A stretch of 61,276 nt of DNA from a bacterium (GCA_049472335.1 JBLIRO010000025.1:1-61276), one strand, 5' to 3'. Positions 30,150 to 39,713 are shown, counted from the first letter of the stretch. Made by a program: numbers and translations. The notes: a model not told the origin generated them from the letters alone.

Positions 30150-33100
30150 TCAGTAATTAGTAATAATTATGGACACATCACTATAATTTGATCCAAAGGT
30201 ATAATTTAACACATCGGGTGAATTTCCAATCACACTGGATGTCTCAGAGGAGGAATAGCTAAATGAGTAAGAAGGATATTTTTTTATAGTATAGTACCGC
30301 GGGAACGAATAATACCAGGGATAGGTGTAATAATAGGGGTAATTGAAATTATAAGGGTATGTCCAGGGGAAATAGGAACCATAGAATCCATAACCATAAG
30401 ATGGGTAATAGCTGGAAATAGTGCTGGAACTGGATGTTTGATTGGATGAAGAATCTGAAAATGTAAAGAATGGGATGCCTATATTTTTCACAGGACTATA
30501 GTTAAAGTAATTGTAAGTCGGATAGTAAAATTGACTAACCGGAGGCTTAAGGGTATCGCAAACATCTCCGATCCCATCATTATCTGTATCTTTCTGATTT
30601 GGATTGTAATCATTTGGACAATTGTCACAAATATCACCATGATTGTCTCCATCCCGATCTAACTGATCGGGATTATAATGATCAGGACAATTATCACAAA
30701 CATTACCTATCCCATCGTTATCTCTATCCGCTTGATCAGCATTTGCTATCATAGGGCAATTATCTTCATCATCCTCTATCCCATCCCCATCATGATCTTC
30801 TTCAATAATTCTATTTAGAATGATACTAGCCATAGCTGGATTTATCTCTACTGATGGATCATATGGACTACGCGGACCGATATTATCTGCCGCATCCTTG
30901 AAAATCACATATACTGTCTTTATTCCATCTTCTGGCAAGAGTGTCCATGCACGTGTATTTTTAAAAGGCTCCCATAGCGATTCAGATAGATCAGGATAGT
31001 TAGAAATTTTCATCTGTTTTGTGTCGGGATCAGCAAACATTTTGAGTGTTACATTTACTGTAGTTGTTAGAGTATCTCCATTGTTGATTATTACATATCC
31101 CATAGGAGGTATTGGATCAATTTTGGGTGTTGCAGATACAATACGAGTAGGAACACTTATAGCAGTGCCAACAACACCGGCGACCTTGTAATAATATGTA
31201 ATATTATTTTCGAGACCTGTATCATTATAGCGGTTAGTGGGAGTGATCTGAAAGGTCTCCCAGGGGCCATCTTCATAAGTACTTCTGTAAATAATTAGAG
31301 AATCATGTTCAGGTAAATAACCGATGGTTAGTGTGACAGAATTTACTCCTGGAATTGCCCTTAGGCTTGTTGTTGGTTTAACCGCATCATCATCAGGATC
31401 ATTCGGATTTCGACCATTTAATATCTCTGATCCATCATCTTCTCCACCATCGTCAGTATCAGGGTCCAGTGGGTCTGTGCCAAAAACAAATTCATCGTAA
31501 TTTATAAGGTTATCACCATCCGGATCGCCATTTCTCCCTTGATCTCCAGAAGGATCGTGAGGATCAAGGCCATTGTCTTCTTCCCAACCATCTGGAAGAT
31601 CATCGTTCTCAGAATCAGCATCCCCTTTCACATTGAAAGCAAGCTTGGATTCTCTTTTAAAATTGTCTCCTGTAAGTGGCGAATATCCATTGGCTATAAC
31701 TTTTGCCGTGTATATTCCTTCCTGGGATGTTTTGTAGAAGGTACCTGCATATACCCCGTCATCGGTCTTACCATCTTCATGATTGCCGTCATCATACAAA
31801 TAAGCAATCTCAGGTGGAAGGCCTTCTGTAACCTCATGTTCCGGAGTTATGATCTCCAAACGAATTGTTGCATTAGTAATAGAACTCGTGTCAGTAAGGA
31901 ATACAAAAATGGGAATCCGGGTTCCGATTATTCGTTCTTCAAGAGGAATACCAAGATATACATCGAGTGTTACTTTGCTCTTAACTGTAACTTCAAGAAA
32001 ATAGTATCCTCTGATTGGCACACCATTATAGCGTATAGATCTTTGAGGAATAAATTCGTCACTTTGTATCCATATTGTCCATATACCGGGCTGGGGCATA
32101 GATATTCGATAGATATGATGGGTATCCTCAACATAAAGTGGCATATGTTCAACTCCATTTGGGTCACGCAACATTATTTTTGCCGGCAATCCAGAAGTGG
32201 TCCATTTATAGTTGTAATTAACTACAAAGGTTGCTTCAGTAGCCCCATTCTCTATGTGTATATCATGGCTTTTACTTTTGTATATATATTCACCTCTAGC
32301 GGTATAGATTCGCTGTTCTAAAGTTGCGGTCTCAGAGAAAATTCTATAAACATCTGCAAGATCATTCGGTAGATCACCGCTATGCGGTTCGATAACATAT
32401 TCGAATCTTCCTCCGCTTCTATTAGCAAGCTGCTCCAATTTCTCACGATCTGCATTCGATCCTAAAGCTACTGTATGAATCACTGTATTGGTTGTATCAG
32501 GATTCGATGAACTTGCCCAATAATCAATTTTACACCCATCACATACAACATCCTCTATCCGTTCGTCTTCGTTTTCCTTGCCGTCGCTTAACACTACAAT
32601 TACCCGGTTATGATTTGCATCACCCCTGTTAAATTCATCTTGAGCATTCCAGAGGCCATCACCAATAGAGGTATCTAACTAAGCCCCGGACTCATTTTGG
32701 TCAAAGGTATTAAGTGCAGTTTGAAAATGGACACGGGTTGCTGCAGTAATATCCTGGAGTATCTTTGTAGTATGGGCATCATGACTAAACCAGACAAGCC
32801 CCATCTTGTCCCCATCCCTAAAACTGTCAATATATAGGGAAGCTGCATCAATTGCTCCATATATTTTATCTGTGGGATCAGGTGTCTCATAAGTGGGACC
32901 GGTCCAGTCAGGCTCAAGCATGCTTCCTGAGCGGTCTATGACAAGTACATTGTCTGAATTGATTACATCAGTAAATTCTACGGCCCAAAATTCTGTGTCC
33001 GAAATGGTCCCTGCAGTCAAGCTGACTGTTAAATGGTAAAATCCGGTTCCAAGATCTATCGGTTGAACCACCAGCCAGTATTGGCCCATCACTTCATGGC

Positions 33101-34463
33101 CAGTGACAATATTAAACACATCTCCATCCACAGTGACCTCAAAGTCGTCAGGCTCTAACCCGCTTAATACTGCGCCACCAGGTCCTACTATTTCTAAATG
33201 TACCTGGAATTTGTTAAGATCGTCTTTGTCCACTTTGGCCCAATCATTTGTAAGTGGCCAAAGGATATTCAAGGTAGGGATTCCTCCTCCGGTACTGAAA
33301 GTATACCTGAATGATACAGGATGGTCTAAAGCACCGGCAATTACAACAACTTTGTCAAATTCATCATTTACTAAACTTCTTACAAAATCAGTTCCTAGAA
33401 CGTTGAATTCACAAAGATCCATAACAAGGTCGTCATTCTTAATCACTAAGAGGTTGTATACCATTGTAACAGATGATACCTGATGGAATTCAACACTGAT
33501 TATAGGAGCATCTATGCTTGGCCGGGCTTCATAATATTTTGCTCCCCATGATCGAATCTCATCCGTTGCAGATATAACATCCCCAACTGGCATATACCTG
33601 TTCAAGGTTAGATATGGCCTATTATATTGCCCAGGTGCCAGGTCGTCATCTATGTATAAATATTTATCGGGCACACTTGCGCCTGTCAGGTCCTTCGCAT
33701 AGTTTGCGACTATAAAATCCATAAATACACTCTGGAAATCTACACCTAAAACAAAATCGTTTAATGTTGAGTTTATACGCTGTATATCGTCTGATCCGCT
33801 ATCATGGTTATTTAACATACCACGTATAAAATCCACGCCTACTTGAGGTTCAGTAGTAATAGTTCCATATTGTTCAGTAATATATGTCCAAAAAAGGCAG
33901 GCTGAATATGAAAGATCTATCAAGCTATTATCAGTTTGTGTATCTAAAAACCAATTCGCTTCTCTAAAATAAGATGCCATCTCTAAGCCTGTACTCTGAT
34001 CCAAATTAGTATAAACCTTATCCTGCATCATACTTGCTGTCCCTTCCGAGAAGAAGGAACTCCAAGATCCATATGTATATTGTACCTGATGGAACATCTC
34101 GTGTAAGGGAACAGACTCTAATGATAAGGGATAGGCCACTGTGAATATATCAGGTGCTAAAGTAATCCCACAATCAGAACCATTACAAAAAGCCATACCT
34201 CCTCCTCCGCCTGGTTTGATCTGAACAGGAAACTCATTACCCCTTGTTGGATCATTAAATCTATAATCTAAACTTGGATTAGTATATATGTTTAAGAGAT
34301 CATTAAGTTGAGAGCAAAGATCGTTAACTTCAGCAATTGTTACACAAAGATCCGGATGATTGGGATCTGTTGTATAGTAAATCCTAAAATCATTGTTGGG
34401 GCACAATAGATCAGAATCAAGATCGGGATCGATTTCGATAGAATAAGCCGAAATGGAAGTCAT
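30150..34463 (-). CDS. Large secreted zinc-metalloprotease/VWA/FN3/thrombospondin-type-3-repeat protein (~1437 codons) interrupted by one in-frame TAG at 32679-32681 (readthrough or pseudogene)
   Basis: ORF-track ORFs 32679..34463 and 30150..32594 share one frame; the junction reads ESGA*LDTSIGDGLWNAQDEF...RVIVVLSDGKEN, inside a VWA domain whose DRSGS motif is upstream. HEMFH...EGTA zincin motif; LYDDGNHEDGKTDDGVY; DxDxDG Ca-binding repeats; DNCP TSP3 repeats. Confidence 0.8.
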
Positions 34464-35068
34464 AGCAATAAGAATGATTGATAAAAAGAAATAAAAGATA
34501 CTGGAGTTTATAATTAATTTAAAAATATCTATATTTCTCCCAATAAAAACTAAGAAGCCTCTTTTAATAATGCTTAAGTAAGACAGATATATTCATTTTA
34601 TAATAAAAAATATCTGCCTCTGCCCTCATAAGATTATTTAAAATATCAATAAAATTTATCTCCTATTAATGGACAATAGACAATTCTTTGTTATTGCCCA
34701 TCTTGCTGATTAGTTAAACCTGTTAAGCTCAAATTTATCATTTAGCTACACCTAAATTATTTCCCGAATCTTCATTGGTAATAGTTATCACCCCCTCTTT
34801 ATAAGGTTCCATAAAACTAATGAAACAAAAAATGAATAATAGTCTGGATTTGATTATGTTTTAGAGGGCTCAGTTTCTCTCATCTATCACCTCCTTAAGA
34901 AAGTCTAATCTCCTGCCACAAAAACTTATTATTCCTTTATGCCTATTATCACCTCCTTTCTAAAAAAACACACCTATTTTATTATTATCCCTATAACATT
35001 ACATTTTTTTAGAATATTGAATTCATTTAAAAAAAAAAATTAAGAAGAATATGAATCTGCTTTCTGAT

Positions 35069-35167
35069 GAAGATGGTGAAGATGATGAATATAGTGAAGA
35101 TGGTGAGTATGGTGAAGATGGTGAAGATAGTGAAGATAGTGAAGATAGTGAAGATAGTGAAGATGAA
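35069..35167 (+). repeat. Tandem repeat, 11 units of 9 bp (consensus GAAGATRGT)
   Basis: Units read directly: gaagatggt gaagatgat gaatatagt gaagatggt gagtatggt gaagatggt gaagatagt x4 gaagatgaa. Confidence 0.95.
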
Positions 35168-35360
35168 TTTGCGTTCTTGTTCTTTAGTAAAAGTAAACAT
35201 AGAACTTTAATATTTGTCAATTTTTGATATGACATCCTGTTGAAATTATTGACTCTTCAAGATTTCTCTGATTTAATTTTTAACCATTATGGAGATTATA
35301 TGTATATTTGTTCTATTCATTTTTTTGATGTTTAGTAATCTGAATTCCCATCTAATTATT

Positions 35361-35855
35361 GAGAATCCAGCTCTTTAAGCAACAGTTGGCAGCAATGAAA
35401 CAATCCATTAAACGGCCAAAGATCCGTACAAGGGATCGAATACTTTGGGTATCACTATCTTACTAATGGAAAGGCTGGCAAAATGTATTTGTCATTGTAA
35501 AACCAGAAACAGTAATCCGTCGGCATAAAAAGGGATTCAAACCGTTCTGGCGGTACAAATCCAGAAAAATTGGGTCAGGTCGATCAACAGTTGATCCTGA
35601 AATTCGAAAGATCATTGATATGATGAAGGAAAATCTGCTTTGGGGTGCTTCCATAATACATGGGGAATTAATGAAACTGGGTATTGATACTATCTCAGAG
35701 CGAACAATTTCCAACATAATAAGAAAATACAGGGAAAAGCCACATTCTCAGACATGGCGGGCGTTTTTACATGATCACATGCACAATACTTCTCCATAGA
35801 TCTGTTTACAGTACCAACAGCAACATTCAAGATCCTGTTCCTTTGTGTCATTAAT
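35361..35855 (+). pseudogene. Degraded IS transposase/integrase (rve-type) remnant, N-terminal half only
   Basis: ENPAL/KQQLAAMKQSIKRPKIRTRDRILWV...*WKGWQ...IVKPETVIRRHKKGF...ENLLWGASIIHGELMKLGI...SQTWRAFL...SIDLFTVPTATFKIL; one stop and two frameshifts; ends before most of the catalytic core. Confidence 0.85.
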
Positions 35856-35923
35856 TTATTAAACATCCTTTTCTCCCTCTGAATATTAAGTTTTTTATTT
35901 CAAAATACTTAAAACTAAATAAA

Positions 35924-35962
35924 TTTCGGATAGAGACGCCTTTATGACGTATCTATCCGAAA
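35924..35962 (-). terminator. Intrinsic terminator downstream of the 47-aa ORF
   Basis: 17-bp stem TTTCGGATAGATACGTC / GGCGTCTCTATCCGAAA (one G-U pair, one mismatch), 5-nt loop, followed by a U-rich tract on the minus strand. Confidence 0.75.
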
Positions 35963-35971
35963 CCATCTAAA

Positions 35972-36115
35972 TCATAGAAGAGCTCCTATTTGTGTATTAT
36001 AAATCTCTGCTTCTTTGGTAACATCATAGACATTCATCTCGGGAACAGGATCTATGAACAATAAGTGTTTGAAAAAAATATAAGTCCAATCAACTTGCTC
36101 TGCGTAGAATTGCAT
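35972..36115 (-). CDS. Unannotated 47-aa small protein MQFYAEQVDWTYIFFKHLLFIDPVPEMNVYDVTKEAEIYNTQIGALL
   Basis: AAGGAGG SD 5 nt before the ATG; TGA at 35972-35974 immediately followed by a terminator hairpin. Confidence 0.6.
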   Translation of the reverse strand: MQFYAEQVDWTYIFFKHLLFIDPVPEMNVYDVTKEAEIYNTQIGALL

Positions 36116-36157
36116 TTTGTCCTCCTTGAAATTTTTTTATAAAACATAAAATATTTA

Positions 36158-36345
36158 CAAAAAGCAGTTGCATCTATATCATGTGATGCTGCTTGTCTCA
36201 GTTACTTTAAAAATCCACACCGAATTTTAATGTGTTTATTGATTAAAGTAACTAACGGGAATTTGCCCAATGACATACTAAAAGACTTTTGATGTCCTTT
36301 GCCTCAATCGACGCTATAGTTAAATGGGAAATTCCACACCAACCC
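36158..36345 (-). ncRNA. Candidate structured RNA (leader/attenuator or sRNA), family not recognised
   Basis: Three consecutive helices: 36258-36269/36325-36335 (enclosing two small hairpins), 36200-36210/36243-36253 (11 bp perfect), 36162-36194 followed by a U run. Confidence 0.4.
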
Positions 36346-36457
36346 CGGGGATAAACTTAATCAAAGTTTGATATTGTCTGTACTAAACATTATCTATTAT
36401 TGATCAAACTGTTTAGATTATAATTGATTCAAAAATCTTTTTTTATAAAATAAATTA

Positions 36458-36474
36458 CACAAATGGAGCGCCAA
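36458..36474 (-). promoter_or_regulatory. Sigma-54-like promoter facing the structured RNA and small ORF
   Basis: Minus strand TTGGCGCTCCATTTGTG: GG-N10-GT, same -12 variant as at 3076-3093. Confidence 0.4.
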
Positions 36475-36947
36475 ATTCTCTTAAAAAGCAAATAAAATCA
36501 ATTATTATAATGGGTTAAGAAGGCATAGGCAGCCTTTATGAATAATTGTTTTATATATGGAAAGGTGAGTTTTATTGGTTATCTTCTAACAAATTTAATC
36601 TATCTGTTGAAAGAATGCAGGTAATAAAGGAGTTAGAGAAAAAATAACATTGGTGGTCAACCAACACCTTGATATTTCGAGAAGCAATATACTGCTAAAA
36701 TTTCTTTGATTTTTCTTTTAATAGTTCTTTTTGAATATTTGTTTTGATAAAAATGGAAATCCTGGATATATTTTGTAAAGATAAAGTAAATCCTTCAACA
36801 TCTGGTCGGAGATATTTATTAAACATTCCACTGCCGGCATATATAACAGGCGAAACCAACTCATTTCCTGGTGACATGTATAAAAAAAAGAGAAATAAAA
36901 GTGTAACCAACTCATTCTTTAATGATATATAAAAAAGAGGAGGGAAA

Positions 36948-37754
36948 ATGGGAAAATTTTTTCGCTTGACAATATGGATAAATATTCTCTTAATTATATG
37001 TTGCTTAATAGGAATGACATTATCATATCGGGTTTTCGGTTCAGGTAATTGGTATTGTGAGACAATAAATATAGATGTAGACCAGTCTATTTATTTTAAA
37101 GACACGCGCCTTGTTCAAATAACAGTTTCAGGGCTTTGGAGTACACCATGTTATGAAATCACCTCTTATGAGCACACAATATCCGGTAATACTATATTCA
37201 TTACCGCCACTATAATTGATTCACCGGGTTTTTGCATCCAGATTATTAGTGATTGGAGCTTCACGGAAAATATCGGACAACTACCTTCGGGCTCATATAC
37301 AGTCGTAGCTACTATAAATTCATGTGTGTTTACTCAAAATATTGAGATCCAGCCGGTGATGTGTCCTGGTGATATCGACGAGAATGGTGATCTTGATATC
37401 TTTGACTTGATTTATGTTAACAGGTACCTCCAGGGATTTCCTTCTATTGTGCCGTCCATACGGCGAATTACAAATTCAAATATACCTTCAGATGAGGTTA
37501 TTAAAGATTCAATAGAAAGATGTTATGATTATTTTGACGTCAATCAAGACGATAATGTTGATATAATTGATTTAGTTATTATCAGTAGATATTTGCATGG
37601 ATTTCAATTCATTGTACCTATTAGCTGGCGGTTGGCAAATCCAAATTTTCCTCCTGATGATGAGATTGCCATAGCAGTTGAAGCATTAAAGCCGCCAGGG
37701 ACTACATCAGATGTGGCTACAAATATCAAACTTGATATTTACTCTGATGGATAG
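36948..37754 (+). CDS. Secreted protein with an Ig-like N-domain and a dockerin/EF-hand-like repeat pair; probably 3'-truncated
   Basis: SD GAGGAGG; signal peptide; GDIDENGDLDIFDLIYVNRYL and FDVNQDDNVDIIDLVIISRYL; the frame stays protein-like past the TAG to 38039. Confidence 0.75.
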   Translation: MGKFFRLTIWINILLIICCLIGMTLSYRVFGSGNWYCETINIDVDQSIYFKDTRLVQITVSGLWSTPCYEITSYEHTISGNTIFITATIIDSPGFCIQIISDWSFTENIGQLPSGSYTVVATINSCVFTQNIEIQPVMCPGDIDENGDLDIFDLIYVNRYLQGFPSIVPSIRRITNSNIPSDEVIKDSIERCYDYFDVNQDDNVDIIDLVIISRYLHGFQFIVPISWRLANPNFPPDDEIAIAVEALKPPGTTSDVATNIKLDIYSDG

Positions 37755-38045
37755 GAAACTCTTCTTGAAACAAGACAAATTGCTATAGAGGGAACAGAGA
37801 CTATTTATATCGTAAATCCAAATCCCTATAGCGGTGAATGAGAGTATTATATTTATGCCCAGGCCGAAGGCTTCTATATGGAACTCTATTTTTGTAAACA
37901 GGGGAAAACCATAAATATTGACCTTGACCCTATACCAAACGGATCGAAAGGATCTGTTATACTTTATACCCTCCAGTTTCCTGGCAACATCGATTATCAG
38001 ACTCGCTGGGTGCGATCAACCATCCCTCCGTTTATTTAATAATTT

Positions 38046-38792
38046 CTAGAAATACTTTGCTATTGCAATACTAAAGTCAAATCCGCTGCCATCCAATTTA
38101 CGAATCTCATCTCTAAGAAAATTAACAGGAAAAGAAATACCATCACTTGTGCAGGAATCCGCATCATAAGTAACATAGTAATATTTTATGCCAACTATCC
38201 AGGACCATTCATAAGAAGAAAAGAATCCTTCGTATTCAGCCGTGATATGAAAACCAATAGCATTATCATATTTTATAATGTCATGAGAACCATTGGGGAC
38301 TTGACTTAAATCTAAATCCAATTCGTCCGGCATATAGTATCCTATTCCACCTCCAAATTTTACCTGTCCGGAACTATAAACAGGTATCTTATATTTTAGG
38401 GTACCCAGCAAAAAAGTTCTATCAAAACTACCGTCCGCATTATCTACATCTTTTGAAAGTCCACTATGTTGATACCCAAATGTAAGATCAATATCAAGCT
38501 TTTCGTAAAAACCATAGCCTAAGGTAAGAGCCCCCCCGACTCCACCGCCTCCGCTTATGGAAACATTTTCACCAGTTGTGGTTATTCCGACGTCAATTTT
38601 ATCTGTCCCGATTCCTACGAAAAAAGAGGGTTCAAGTCTAAATCTGTTATTATTATCCAATAATTTTTGGCGTGAACTTTTGAACTGAGCTTCTGCTAAA
38701 GAAACATTACATAATAAAAACACCATGGCCATAAGTACAACCAACAAAAAACTTTTTTTTACCTTTCTTGTTTTCCCTGCATTGCTTCTCAT
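38046..38792 (-). CDS. Outer-membrane beta-barrel protein
   Basis: Signal peptide ending AEA; alternating Gly/aromatic strands; C-terminal FSIAIAKYF beta-signal. Confidence 0.8.
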   Translation of the reverse strand: MRSNAGKTRKVKKSFLLVVLMAMVFLLCNVSLAEAQFKSSRQKLLDNNNRFRLEPSFFVGIGTDKIDVGITTTGENVSISGGGGVGGALTLGYGFYEKLDIDLTFGYQHSGLSKDVDNADGSFDRTFLLGTLKYKIPVYSSGQVKFGGGIGYYMPDELDLDLSQVPNGSHDIIKYDNAIGFHITAEYEGFFSSYEWSWIVGIKYYYVTYDADSCTSDGISFPVNFLRDEIRKLDGSGFDFSIAIAKYF

Positions 38793-39005
38793 TTGCCCCT
38801 CCTTTTTCCTAAGGTGTAAACCTTAAGAATCCTGAAATTATTATTGGTGCAGGCAATAATATCTTTTTATTGCAGCACTGGTTTTGTAATTTGTGGACAA
38901 TATAGATGGAAGAGTAAAGTCAACTTGATATTATGAATTACTGACTGTCAAGATCTATCAACAATATTGATTGTTCTTTAGCAATGGGAAAACTAAAATT
39001 CAGGA

Positions 39006-39713
39006 TTACTTTGTTTTATTTATATCTCTTATCAATGCATCGTTAATTTTATCAGTACAGGATATAATATTGTCCCACATATCTTTTTGTTTCTTAAAGG
39101 ATTCAACTATACCTTTATGTTTAACCAAAATTTTATCTTTGGTTTTAATAATAACCTGGTATTCAAGTTTTGTATCGAATAACAACCTTGAGGCATCAGA
39201 TTGACCACAGCCATAGGTAATTTCTATTATTTCAGATGGTTGGGAAATTTCTGACTCCTCAAATCCCTTAAATATCCTATTTAAAATACCTTGAGTAGGT
39301 TCTATATAACCCCAATAAGGATTTTGGCAAGTAGGCTGAATATTAATTTTTAAATGAACACCTGTGCCTGGATGAGAGCTTCCACCAGTACTTGATTCTC
39401 CAAAACCACATTCAACACAATCATAGGCAATTTGAGTTGTCTTGTCAATATTAGTATCAATTTCCAATCCATAATGACTGTTCAAGGTATTGCATATCTT
39501 ATCTATTGGAATTTTTTCCAATGCGTCCTTTTTGTTTTTAATATAATCATCTCTATATGATCCTTTACAACCAGCTACCTTAACCATATTTAATTTAAAA
39601 GTTTTATTTTTATTTTCCTGAATCTTTTTAAAGTTGACTTTATGAGAGGATGTTGCACATGAACAAAAAAATAATAACAATGAAAATAAGGAATTTAATA
39701 ATACCTTTTTCAT
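39006..39713 (-). CDS. Hypothetical lipoprotein
   Basis: MKKVLLNSLFSLLLFFCSC lipobox-like signal; SD GGGGA; no family recognised. Confidence 0.7.
   Translation of the reverse strand: MKKVLLNSLFSLLLFFCSCATSSHKVNFKKIQENKNKTFKLNMVKVAGCKGSYRDDYIKNKKDALEKIPIDKICNTLNSHYGLEIDTNIDKTTQIAYDCVECGFGESSTGGSSHPGTGVHLKINIQPTCQNPYWGYIEPTQGILNRIFKGFEESEISQPSEIIEITYGCGQSDASRLLFDTKLEYQVIIKTKDKILVKHKGIVESFKKQKDMWDNIISCTDKINDALIRDINKTK

Noticed and set aside
31539..32321. 260-aa plus-strand ORF
   Set aside because: Antisense to the VWA/TSP3 gene; composition not protein-like
32679..32681. Genome-wide TAG reassignment
   Set aside because: TAG terminates conserved genes at their expected ends (atpA, atpF, aminopeptidase, hisA)
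35069..35167. CRISPR array
   Set aside because: Contiguous 9-bp units with no spacers and no cas genes
35463..35717. 84-aa minus-strand ORF
   Set aside because: Antisense to the transposase remnant
36240..36320. c-di-GMP-I riboswitch (GGCAAA motifs on the minus strand)
   Set aside because: Lacks the GGCAAA-stem-GNRA-stem-GACGCAAAG arrangement; kept only as an unclassified structured RNA
36695..36932. Three overlapping 62-71 aa ORFs
   Set aside because: No SD, no motifs, mutually overlapping in a likely promoter region
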